Origin: a virus
Taxonomy: Duplodnaviria; Caudoviricetes
Strand: one strand, 5' to 3'
Length of the DNA: 63,406 nt
Virus record (IMG/VR): IMGVR_UViG_3300025135_000005
Span: 1 to 63,406 of that record
Shown piece after piece: positions 38,621 through 47,689 of the stretch. The notes below the pieces were generated by a model. It saw only the letters and a program-made list of their open reading frames with translations. It ran no database searches and had not been told where the DNA came from. How positions within the stretch are numbered: the first letter of the stretch is position 1; the number at the start of each line of letters is the position of its first letter. The translations under genes and the position numbers were made by a program.

Positions 38621-39619
38621 ATGGATGGTAATAATGACTACATAATAGTTCAGACAGTTAGAGGATTTTTGGGGGAACCCAAGAGTGAGCATGACGCATT
38701 ATCCAAAAAACAATGGCAATTTAATTGTCCATCTCCTAAGTGTCGTCATGACATTGACAAATTCAATCTTGAGTACAATTCTGAAAAACACCTATTCAAA
38801 TGTTGGAAATGTGACTACCGAGGTTTTGTATATCAATTGGCTCAAGATTATGGCTCCACAACGGACTTGCAAAGAATACAGTCAATACTCCCCATAAATA
38901 AGGTTGATAGTCTTAGGAGTCAAGCTACAAGCAAACCAAAAGTTGACCATCACCTTGTAACCTGTAAGTTGCCAGAGGGATACCTTCCCCTCGGAATAAA
39001 CAGAAACACTCCATTATACAAACTCGCTTGGGATTATCTTGTCCATGAGAGAAAAGTTAGTCCGAGCTTTATTGACAAATATGAAATAGGGTACACAGAA
39101 GTTGGTCCAAGAAGATTTAGAATAATCATACCATCTAAAAATGCACTTGGAAAGATTAATTACTATGAGGCACGTTCTTATATTAAGGGCCCAAAAGTAA
39201 TTCCATACATTAAGCCTCCAGGAGAAGAAGTTCACAAGAACGATATTATATTCAATGAGTATTTTATAAACTGGGACCTTCCAGTTTTCCTTGTGGAAGG
39301 GGTGTTTGATATGTTTCGATTGCCAAATGCAATACCAGTTCTTGGAAAGGAGATTTCAGACTTATTAGTAAGTGAGTTGATGAAGCATAATTGCACTGTA
39401 ATAATATGCTTTGACCCAGATGCAATAGATAAAACAGTTGAGACATATACTAAGCTCTCTTCTTTAGGTTTGAATGTTTTTTTTGTAGATTTAAGAGACT
39501 ACGATAAAGATATTTCCAAGATTTATGAAGACCACGGAAAAGAGGAGGTTGTCAAAGCAACAAGGAATATAAAGAGGCTTGATTTGTCAATGCAAATTAG
39601 CAAAAACTTAAAAGAATAA
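38621..39619 (+). CDS. DNA primase (Zn finger + TOPRIM)
   Basis: CPSPKC...CWKC zinc-binding domain, RIIIP, LVEGVFD and FDPDA. The start at 38621 is inferred from the promoter position. Confidence 0.9.
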   Translation: MDGNNDYIIVQTVRGFLGEPKSEHDALSKKQWQFNCPSPKCRHDIDKFNLEYNSEKHLFKCWKCDYRGFVYQLAQDYGSTTDLQRIQSILPINKVDSLRSQATSKPKVDHHLVTCKLPEGYLPLGINRNTPLYKLAWDYLVHERKVSPSFIDKYEIGYTEVGPRRFRIIIPSKNALGKINYYEARSYIKGPKVIPYIKPPGEEVHKNDIIFNEYFINWDLPVFLVEGVFDMFRLPNAIPVLGKEISDLLVSELMKHNCTVIICFDPDAIDKTVETYTKLSSLGLNVFFVDLRDYDKDISKIYEDHGKEEVVKATRNIKRLDLSMQISKNLKE

Positions 39620-39623
39620 TAAA

Positions 39624-42600
39624 ATGAAGATAGCTCACTTAGCAGACATCCAAATACGTTTTGGGTCAAGACACGATGAATACAGACAGGTTTTTGATAG
39701 ACTCTATGAAGACCTCAGGAAGCAGAAGCCAGATAGAATTTATTTGGCTGGAGACCTTGTGCATCATAAGATAAACATGTCTCCAGGTTCTTTTAATCTA
39801 TTGGCGGAGTTTTTAATAAATTTATCAAGAATTGCTCCGACTGATGTTATTCTTGGAAACCATGACCTTAATCTTCAGCAGCTTGAGCAGGGCGATGCTA
39901 TTTCGCCAATATTTTATCTTGCTAATTTAATTGAGGGAGGTGCTGAGAAAAAAGCGCATATTGTTACCAATGAAAACAAGTTAGATATAGACTATAGCCA
40001 AAACGCTGTCTATTATTATCCAGACAGTGGATTCTATAATATAAATGACGAACTTGTCTATGGCGTATATTCATGTAAGGATAATGAAATTCTAACTTTA
40101 GAAAAAAAGGAGCCAGGGAAAAAATATGTAGCGTTCTACCATGGAACTGTCTATGGCGCAAGGATGGATAATGGATATGAAGACAAGCGAGATAACCTAA
40201 TGCGCCTAAGCACATTCAGTAATTTTGACATGGTTATGCTTGGAGATATTCACGAATATCAGACATTTAGAGACGATGAAACAGTTGCTTATGCAGGGAG
40301 TTTAATACAGCAGAATTTCGGGGAGTCAATTGATAAGGGTTATCTTCTTTGGGATACCGATACCTGTGAGCACGAGAGAAAGTTTATTCTCAATGATTAT
40401 GGGTTTGCCAAAATTGACATAGCCAGAGGAGAGGATATTGAGGAGAGAGTTGATTTTGTCAAATTTAGTAGCAACAAAAAAAAGACAAAAATATATATCA
40501 TATGGGAGGATTATGAGGAAAACTACTCTGTTGAGAAAGAAAACCACATCAAGAGACTTATTAAAGATAAATATGGATGTGAAAGTGTTCGGGTCGAGTT
40601 TAAGGAGATAAGGAGAGAAATCTCAAGCGTTTCAGAAGATGATGAGACCCATCAATATACTTTCGAGGAGATATTCAAGGAATACATAAAAGAAGGAGAG
40701 TTCAACATTGAAGACGAGCTCATGAAGGAGCTCATCCAATTTTCAAGAGAAGTTGATACAGCGCTTGAGATTGATGAATCTCATTTGAATTATGTTGATG
40801 ACTGGGACTTGAATTCTATAGAAGTAAGCAATATACTCTCGTTTGACAAAAAGCCAATTATAATTGACTTTGACAAGATTACTGGGCTTACTGGTATCTT
40901 CGGAAAAAACTTCAATGGTAAATCAAATGTTGTAAAATCTATTGTATGGGGTCTATATGAAGAAATACTTGGTGGCAACCAAAGTAGTTCAAGGTATCTC
41001 GTAAATATTTATACAGATTCCGATACTGGGTATGTAATCTTAAATCTCACAATCAATGGAGAGAAATATAAGATTACAAGAAAGATTACAAGTAAGAAGG
41101 GGAAGAATACATTCAGCACCAGCTATCAAAAGTTAGTTCAAAAGTACAATGATGACGGTGAACTTGTTGGTGAAAATTGGGAAGATAAATTGTCTGATAG
41201 AAAAACTGGAGAACAAAAGGAGGTTAAGGAACTTGTTAAAGATGCAATCGGTATTTTTGATGATTTTACCAAAACTTCTTTGCAAGCTCAAGGAGGAAGT
41301 GGTGATTACATCAATCAATCACAACAGCCAAAAAACAATCTAATTAGTAGATTTCTTGGTCTTGAGACCTATAAGAATCGACATGATTATGCAAAAAAAT
41401 TCTTCAATGATGTTACCAGGAAGCAAAAGGACCTTGGCAACACAATTGAAATTGAAAATAAAATTATTGATATTGATAGTCAAATTTTAGAGAAGCAAAA
41501 AGAGCACGACTCTTTCAGGGAAGAGAAGAGTATTTCTGAGATTAAACAAAACGATGTTAATGATGAGATTATTGAACTTACAAGACAGCTTGAGAAGATT
41601 GAAGAATCTGGAATAACAAGTAAGCAAGCTGCTGAAGACCAAATAGCAATTCTTGAGAAGACAGCCTCAACCCTGGCAATAAATATTCAATCTGCAGAAG
41701 ATTGGTTATCTAAAAATTTTAAGAAAGAACTCCCATTTAGCGAGGGAGAGAGTTCTCAATCATTAAAAATAAAGCTTGACGCTGAAAACAATCAACTTCG
41801 AATGGTTGAGGCCAATCTTAAGGTTATTAATGACTTTATCACAAACAACCCTAAGAAGAAAGAAATTGCTGTTGATAAATTTCCAAAACAAATAGACGCT
41901 CTTAAAGAAAAGCTTACAGAATTAAATAATAAGCTCCCAACCTACCAAGGAAAGTGTTGTCCAACTTGTGGACATGTAGAACACACTGCAGACCCAGATA
42001 AGGAAGATGCTTGTTTGCATGATATTCAAATCACCAAGGATTTAATAGAATTCAAGGAAAAGGAAATTAAGAGTAATGATGAAATTGTGGTTCACAATAA
42101 AAAAATCGAAGATTACAAAGAAAAGATAGAAATCTCAAATCAATCTATTTCTGTAAAAAAAGAGTCGATAAAACTATTGGAGGATAAGATAAAGTTAATC
42201 GAGGGCTCTAAAGATATTATAGAACACAATAGTGAAGTTGATAGAAAAACCAAAGAGCTTAAATCTAATAAAGAAGATTTAGAGTCTACCAATAAGAAAA
42301 TTGAAGACCTCAATCAGAAGATTGTTAAGTTTGAAGAAAATAAAGACAAGATTAGGAAGAATACCGAAATTCAAGAAAAAATTGATGACAAGAGAGAGTT
42401 GCTAAAGACTTATAAATTATCCACATTCAACCTTGACAAAAATATTAATATAGCCTATGGAGAACTTAAGGTTCTTGAAAACAATAGGGGGAACTATGGA
42501 GAAAAACTTAAGGACATCAAGGATACTGAGAGATTATTTAAGAAATACTCAATATACCTACAAGCCGTTCATAGGGATGGTATTCCTGCTGCAATTATCA

Positions 42601-43070
42601 GAAGAAAACTCCCAATCATCAATAGTAAGATAAACTCTATTTTATCAGAGGTTGTTGAATTTAAGATTGAGCTTGAGATTTTGCCGAATGGAGATATTGT
42701 TGAGACATTCTTTTTTAGTGAAGATAAGTGTGATGCACTTCCTTTGGCTTCTGCATCTGGAAGTCAAAAGTTCATTGCGTCAATTGTAATTACAGAGGCG
42801 CTTCGATATATGAGCCGACTTACCAAGCCATCAATTAGAATTATTGATGAGGGATTCGGAACGCTTGACGATGAGCTTACAATGGGTGTTGTAAATATTT
42901 TGAACTACTTACGTAATAAGTATAAAAATGTTTTGATAATCACTCACAGGAATGAGATTAAAGATTTTGCGGACAGTATCATTGAAGTTGCTAAAGTAAC
43001 TGATGGCCTGGACAAAGAGGTTCTTGAGAACAATCCCAAAGCTGGATTATCTAAGATTACAATTACATAA
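39624..43070 (+). CDS. Fused Mre11/SbcD nuclease - Rad50/SbcC ATPase (gp47-gp46-like)
   Basis: Nuclease motifs ADIQ, GDLVH, GNHD, YHG and LGDIH. ATPase motifs: Walker A GKNFNGKS, zinc hook CPTC, signature ASGSQ, Walker B IIDEGFGTLD and ITH. One 1148-aa ORF. Confidence 0.92.
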   Translation: MKIAHLADIQIRFGSRHDEYRQVFDRLYEDLRKQKPDRIYLAGDLVHHKINMSPGSFNLLAEFLINLSRIAPTDVILGNHDLNLQQLEQGDAISPIFYLANLIEGGAEKKAHIVTNENKLDIDYSQNAVYYYPDSGFYNINDELVYGVYSCKDNEILTLEKKEPGKKYVAFYHGTVYGARMDNGYEDKRDNLMRLSTFSNFDMVMLGDIHEYQTFRDDETVAYAGSLIQQNFGESIDKGYLLWDTDTCEHERKFILNDYGFAKIDIARGEDIEERVDFVKFSSNKKKTKIYIIWEDYEENYSVEKENHIKRLIKDKYGCESVRVEFKEIRREISSVSEDDETHQYTFEEIFKEYIKEGEFNIEDELMKELIQFSREVDTALEIDESHLNYVDDWDLNSIEVSNILSFDKKPIIIDFDKITGLTGIFGKNFNGKSNVVKSIVWGLYEEILGGNQSSSRYLVNIYTDSDTGYVILNLTINGEKYKITRKITSKKGKNTFSTSYQKLVQKYNDDGELVGENWEDKLSDRKTGEQKEVKELVKDAIGIFDDFTKTSLQAQGGSGDYINQSQQPKNNLISRFLGLETYKNRHDYAKKFFNDVTRKQKDLGNTIEIENKIIDIDSQILEKQKEHDSFREEKSISEIKQNDVNDEIIELTRQLEKIEESGITSKQAAEDQIAILEKTASTLAINIQSAEDWLSKNFKKELPFSEGESSQSLKIKLDAENNQLRMVEANLKVINDFITNNPKKKEIAVDKFPKQIDALKEKLTELNNKLPTYQGKCCPTCGHVEHTADPDKEDACLHDIQITKDLIEFKEKEIKSNDEIVVHNKKIEDYKEKIEISNQSISVKKESIKLLEDKIKLIEGSKDIIEHNSEVDRKTKELKSNKEDLESTNKKIEDLNQKIVKFEENKDKIRKNTEIQEKIDDKRELLKTYKLSTFNLDKNINIAYGELKVLENNRGNYGEKLKDIKDTERLFKKYSIYLQAVHRDGIPAAIIRRKLPIINSKINSILSEVVEFKIELEILPNGDIVETFFFSEDKCDALPLASASGSQKFIASIVITEALRYMSRLTKPSIRIIDEGFGTLDDELTMGVVNILNYLRNKYKNVLIITHRNEIKDFADSIIEVAKVTDGLDKEVLENNPKAGLSKITIT

Positions 43071-43588
43071 TGGCAAATAACGAGAATAAATTACAGAATT
43101 CAGAAAGGAGTATTGAGGAAATCGCCAGAGAGGCGATGGATGCAATTAAGAAATCTGAAATTGACGAGAGAAATCGTCAGGAGAGGGATTTTGCAGAGGA
43201 GGCTCAGGCCAGAGAAGCCGCACTTAAGGAGGAAGTAAATCAAAAGATAAAGAGGAAACTTAGGCGACTTGAGAAAGAGGAGTCTAAAAAGCCTGTGGAG
43301 GATTTTCAGGACCCTCGACTAATGGTTAATTGGAGCAATCCAGATAAGTCAGGAATAGTCTATGAAGGTCGCCACAATGACAAGTATACCTTTAGAATAA
43401 AAAGGGGGCTTAATTTATATCACCTTTATGTTGAAGATAAAAAGCTTATGGTTGATGCATGGCAAAGCTCAACATGTACATCCGTTGATTTATTTACACT
43501 AAAAGAGAAAGCGGATAAAATTTTAAAAGAGGCAATATCAAGAGAGGCTAAACTCAAAAAGAGTGAGGAGGCGAAGAAGGGTCTTTAG
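43070..43588 (+). CDS. Hypothetical protein (coiled-coil N-terminus)
   Basis: 172 aa, coupled to the previous stop. Confidence 0.6.
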   Translation: MANNENKLQNSERSIEEIAREAMDAIKKSEIDERNRQERDFAEEAQAREAALKEEVNQKIKRKLRRLEKEESKKPVEDFQDPRLMVNWSNPDKSGIVYEGRHNDKYTFRIKRGLNLYHLYVEDKKLMVDAWQSSTCTSVDLFTLKEKADKILKEAISREAKLKKSEEAKKGL

Positions 43589-43916
43589 GCTTCATTATAT
43601 CATGTTCCCTTGGAAACATTGTAAACCCTCTTTTTTTTCCTATTTTCTCAAGAGCTATTATTCCGATGCTGGAACCAGGAACCAACTGAAGTCCTATTAG
43701 AGCCAGTGCTTTGCCGACATCTATGCTCTGTTCTTTCAAGAATTTAACTTCCTCATCCGTTACCTGCTTTTCATCTCTAATTAATCTTGTTAGTATTTTT
43801 GCTGCAACAATAGTTTCTTTTGACTCTCTCTTGAAAGTCAATTTCACTTCAATTATTATGATGTATAGCTTTTTAGATTGCTTTTTAAACCAAATCTTGA
43901 TTTTCTTCATATGCAA
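43554..43916 (-). CDS. Hypothetical protein
   Basis: 120 aa, downstream of the WYL gene on the same strand. Confidence 0.5.
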   Translation of the reverse strand: MHMKKIKIWFKKQSKKLYIIIIEVKLTFKRESKETIVAAKILTRLIRDEKQVTDEEVKFLKEQSIDVGKALALIGLQLVPGSSIGIIALEKIGKKRGFTMFPREHDIMKPKDPSSPPHSF

Positions 43917-43926
43917 TTATACGAAA

Positions 43927-44610
43927 TTATTTGAAGAAACTCCTAATATCTTTCTTCTTTTCTTGTATTGGCTGGTCAGAATAGCCCATTTGCTCAATAT
44001 CTCTATCCACTGGAGCCTGTTGCTGTGGCTGAGCTTGTGGCTGAGCTTGTGCGACTTGCTGCTTAGACTGAGCAATAAGCTGGTCTTGGTATTCTTTGGC
44101 AACCTTAGGGCTATATGTTACAATCTTAGTTGACATAGCCTTATCGTTTGGATTGTATCCAGGTATATTATTACTAAAGAACCTTCCAGTAAACCACATA
44201 GACTTTAAATTTTCAGTCTTAAAAAGCCTCCAGGCATTCATACCATCTTTCTCCGCCTCTATTTCCGCACTCCTAACTCCAGTTTCTCTTGCGGCCTTTT
44301 CTGATTGGCCAGTGATGTGAAGTCCTCTAATTACAGTGTTTCCTTTTTTATCGGTTCCCATTGCAACTGGGTGAATAATTCTATATTTTGTAACAGGCAT
44401 CTCATACTTATCATTCTTAGAGCGATAACCAATTCCAATTTCACGACCCTGTTCAACAGCTTGCTTCATAAGGTCGGTATTGAAGGGAACTCTCTCATTG
44501 CTCTTAGACATTATTTTGTTCTTTTCTTCAGCGGAAACTTCCAAAATAAGAGATTCGGATAATACTTCTCGAATTATTTTTCTGATATGTGCCTCTGTTA
44601 TATTTGCCAT
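43927..44610 (-). CDS. WYL-domain protein
   Basis: AVEQGREIGIGY...RIIHPVAMG...IRG...AWRLFK.ENL pattern. True start is probably ATG 44610 (MANITEAHIRKIIREVLSE). Confidence 0.65.
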   Translation of the reverse strand: MANITEAHIRKIIREVLSESLILEVSAEEKNKIMSKSNERVPFNTDLMKQAVEQGREIGIGYRSKNDKYEMPVTKYRIIHPVAMGTDKKGNTVIRGLHITGQSEKAARETGVRSAEIEAEKDGMNAWRLFKTENLKSMWFTGRFFSNNIPGYNPNDKAMSTKIVTYSPKVAKEYQDQLIAQSKQQVAQAQPQAQPQQQAPVDRDIEQMGYSDQPIQEKKKDIRSFFK

Positions 44611-44681
44611 TTTCAATAAATATCTTCTAAATTTTTGATTTTTAGGTTTTTTTTTCACATATTTAGTAAAACTCATCAAAA

Positions 44682-45614
44682 GTGGATAAAGATTTAAACT
44701 ACATATCGCCCAATAATAAATATGCTGATAAAATACATATTAGCTTTAGCGAGTTTAGTTTATTTAATCAATGCGGCCACAAGCACTTGGTTGAGAAACA
44801 TTTAAAGCTAACAGAGTCTGCAATGACTGTTCATCTTTTTTTTGGTAATGCAATACATGCTGCCATTGAAAAGTCACTTAAAGATGCAATTGGCCTAAAT
44901 AGGAGGATAGATTTCTTCAAGAGAACATTTGCCAAGGATATGCTTGACCACATGAGAGATGAGCCAGGATTTCAACAGGAGCTTGATGATTACCTAAAGC
45001 AAGGAGAGGAGTTGTTGAATATCCTCTCAATAGAGGATATATTTAGTAAGTATAAGATAATATCTGTTGAGGAGCCCTTATTTGAACATATTCATGGGGA
45101 ATTTTACTTCAAGGGGTTTATTGACCTTGTGGCTCAGAATAGAGAAAGTGGCAAATATGTAATTATTGACTGGAAGACTTCTGGGCAAAAATGGAACATC
45201 AAAAAAAAGCTTGTTGATGACACATTTATTTGTCAAATGAGATTCTATAAATATTTCTGGTCGAGAAAGAATAATATTTCTCTGGATAAAATAAGTTGTG
45301 AATATATAGTTCTTAATAGACTTAAGGATAAAAAAAAATCAGACTCTGGCTGTGGTGGAATACAGTATGTAGAAGTTAACTCAACAAATGAAGAAATATA
45401 TGATTCACTACAAAAATTAGCAGATACTATAGAGAGCATTCACATAAACAAGAGATTTCCTAAAGTTAAACATTTTGGAAATGAATTTCTTGGATGTATG
45501 TTTTGTAAATTTAAAGGAGGGAAACACCCTTTGTGTAATAATAATAAAAACCAAGACAAGCAGTTGCTGCTTGAAAATAAAAACAAAAGTAATGGAAAAC
45601 AAAAAGTTAATTAA
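44682..45614 (+). CDS. PD-(D/E)XK exonuclease, Cas4/AddB-like
   Basis: SFSEFSLFNQC, FGNAIH, E...GFIDLV...IIDWKT, Q..FY and C-terminal CMFC...C (Fe-S staple-like). Confidence 0.85.
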   Translation: MDKDLNYISPNNKYADKIHISFSEFSLFNQCGHKHLVEKHLKLTESAMTVHLFFGNAIHAAIEKSLKDAIGLNRRIDFFKRTFAKDMLDHMRDEPGFQQELDDYLKQGEELLNILSIEDIFSKYKIISVEEPLFEHIHGEFYFKGFIDLVAQNRESGKYVIIDWKTSGQKWNIKKKLVDDTFICQMRFYKYFWSRKNNISLDKISCEYIVLNRLKDKKKSDSGCGGIQYVEVNSTNEEIYDSLQKLADTIESIHINKRFPKVKHFGNEFLGCMFCKFKGGKHPLCNNNKNQDKQLLLENKNKSNGKQKVN

Positions 45615-46878
45615 AAAAATCAAAAAGAAAGCTTTTAAGCAATTTGAATTAGACCTTAAAGTATCTGTACTTAAGGAGTTGTACGGAAATGAGTCTAAGA
45701 AGCAAATTAAGAAGATTAGAAAGCAAATTTTGCGTGAGATGCAAGAAGAGCTCTTTGGCACGCAAAAAGCTCTTAAAACGACAGAAAAAGAAGAAACCTC
45801 AGAACCAGGTTTTATTCACACAAACACTGTTGACATAAGTGAGTTCGATACTAATTCTTCAGAAGAATCAAAAGAACAAGAAGAGCAGGATGAGCAAGCT
45901 CTATCACACGAGTCTGGAAAAACATTTGAGTACGGTGGTTTTAAATTTGATGTAGACAGAATGAGCTCTATAGTTACTGGAAAAAGACTTGATAAAGTTA
46001 TTTCTAAACCAGGGATTGAGAGAACTGGAAAACCAAGTAAAGAGCTTATGCTTCACACATCAATACCCACCTCGAATCTATCAAAAAAACGTGAAATTGA
46101 GGATAGAATAGCTGATATAAAAAGTGGTACAAATTCAGATATTAAAGATGAATTCTTAAAGCGCATATCTACAAAAGCTCCAGAAACGAGTTCACCAGAC
46201 ATTAAATACACTCAAGGTTTCAATTTAGAGCCAAGAACCCCGCTTAGTTCAATGAATACTGTGCCATCCCTGAAGGAGTATATTAAGAGTGATTTAGGAA
46301 AAATAACCCCAGCAAGAAAAGAAGAGATTTCATTTTTCATTGGAAAACTTAAGGAGGGAATAGATAATCTTAAAAAGGGTGAAAAAAATATTTTCTATAG
46401 AAAAAAAGAAGATGATGTATACACTTTTTCTTTTGAAAAACCAAAGTATGATAAAAATGACTTCAGCTTCAAGTTTAACTTGGATTTGAATATGAATACT
46501 TACGGAGCAAAGATAAACACATTTGATTTTAATATTGATGGGTTTAATTTCGACAAAGGATTCGTTGAAATTCTTGACATCGTTAAGGTCCTTGAGTCAG
46601 CTGGATTTAACCTAATGACATATATTAAAGAAATTAATGAAATTAATAGTACTTCAGCTGAAATAAAAGAATCCATCAAAACTAACTTAGTGAATAACTC
46701 TGAGGCCATAAGAGCTAATACAAAACTTGCAAATTTTATTTTTGATGATAGAATATTAAGAGTTCTTCAAAGTAATGATATTAATACTTATGGTCAACTT
46801 CAGAAAATTGAAGATTTGACATCTCTTAAGGGCATTGGTGCTAAGACTTCTGAAAAAATTAAAAACTTTATCAAATAA
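45592..46878 (+). CDS. Hypothetical protein with C-terminal RNA polymerase alphaCTD-like/HhH domain
   Basis: C-terminus DDRILRVLQSNDINTYGQL...LTSLKGIGAKTSEKIK. ATG at 45592. Confidence 0.55.
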   Translation: MENKKLIKKIKKKAFKQFELDLKVSVLKELYGNESKKQIKKIRKQILREMQEELFGTQKALKTTEKEETSEPGFIHTNTVDISEFDTNSSEESKEQEEQDEQALSHESGKTFEYGGFKFDVDRMSSIVTGKRLDKVISKPGIERTGKPSKELMLHTSIPTSNLSKKREIEDRIADIKSGTNSDIKDEFLKRISTKAPETSSPDIKYTQGFNLEPRTPLSSMNTVPSLKEYIKSDLGKITPARKEEISFFIGKLKEGIDNLKKGEKNIFYRKKEDDVYTFSFEKPKYDKNDFSFKFNLDLNMNTYGAKINTFDFNIDGFNFDKGFVEILDIVKVLESAGFNLMTYIKEINEINSTSAEIKESIKTNLVNNSEAIRANTKLANFIFDDRILRVLQSNDINTYGQLQKIEDLTSLKGIGAKTSEKIKNFIK

Positions 46879-46882
46879 GACT

Positions 46883-47287
46883 ATGGCATATTACAATATA
46901 CAACAAATACTTGACTACATAGGCGAGAGCATCAAGGAAATTGAATCAAAGGGATTAAAGCCTCTAAATCCTGTGGCAGAAGTAGTAAAAAGGCTTAATG
47001 ATGAAGAGGATATGGTTGGTTTTTTTTGGCTAAACTACCTTCAGGGGGAGAGTGCTGGAGAAAAAATAAAAATGGAAGGGAAGTCTTGGTATAGAATAAA
47101 TCACAACTTATACACTGACGATAGGTTTGCAATAGACCTCTATCAGGCTATGAAGGCTGGGATTAATGTAACTGATGTAATCAACAAGAGAGAACAAGAT
47201 AAAGAACTTGCTAAGCAGGGAATTGTTGACATAAATTCTCTTGAGGAAAAAATAAAAGAAAATATTAAAGAAGATGGAATTGAATGA
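46883..47287 (+). CDS. Hypothetical protein
   Basis: ATG at 46883 (MAYYNIQQ), 134 aa. Confidence 0.6.
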   Translation: MAYYNIQQILDYIGESIKEIESKGLKPLNPVAEVVKRLNDEEDMVGFFWLNYLQGESAGEKIKMEGKSWYRINHNLYTDDRFAIDLYQAMKAGINVTDVINKREQDKELAKQGIVDINSLEEKIKENIKEDGIE

Positions 47288-47639
47288 GTTGGAAGAGCTA
47301 AGGGGTTATAGTGAACTTGATTTATTGTATAAATTGATTGAGGTCGCTAAGGATAACACAAAAAGAACTGAGCAATTCTTAAAGGGCAACAAAACTGCTG
47401 GAGTTGATGTTAGACATTCCATGCAGGATGTTCGCCTATTGGCCGAATTCATTCGAGAATCCATACAAATCAAAAAAGGTACAAAGCAGCCAGATGTTGG
47501 AGAGTATAAGGGAGAATTGATTCCCTTGACCAAATTAGAAAAGGCAATAGTTGACAAGAGAGAGAGTATTGAAAAAGAAGAAATATTCATAAAAAGAGCT
47601 GAAAACCTTAGAATTAAAAAGAAGAGGGAGAGAATATAA
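47274..47639 (+). CDS. Histone H1-like (Hc1-family) protein
   Basis: QFLKGNKTAGVDVRHSMQDVRLLAEFIRESIQ matches the F.xGNKxAG.RxRK...xK.LA...R core of Hc1-like proteins. Confidence 0.7.
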   Translation: MELNELEELRGYSELDLLYKLIEVAKDNTKRTEQFLKGNKTAGVDVRHSMQDVRLLAEFIRESIQIKKGTKQPDVGEYKGELIPLTKLEKAIVDKRESIEKEEIFIKRAENLRIKKKRERI

Positions 47640-47689
47640 TAATCTCACTTTTCACTTGATTCAATAATCTGTAATGCTTATATTTATCA

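Noticed and set aside
43554-43916. LETM1-like ribosome-binding domain
   Set aside because: Only a weak D..K......LVPG resemblance, which is insufficient without an HMM search.
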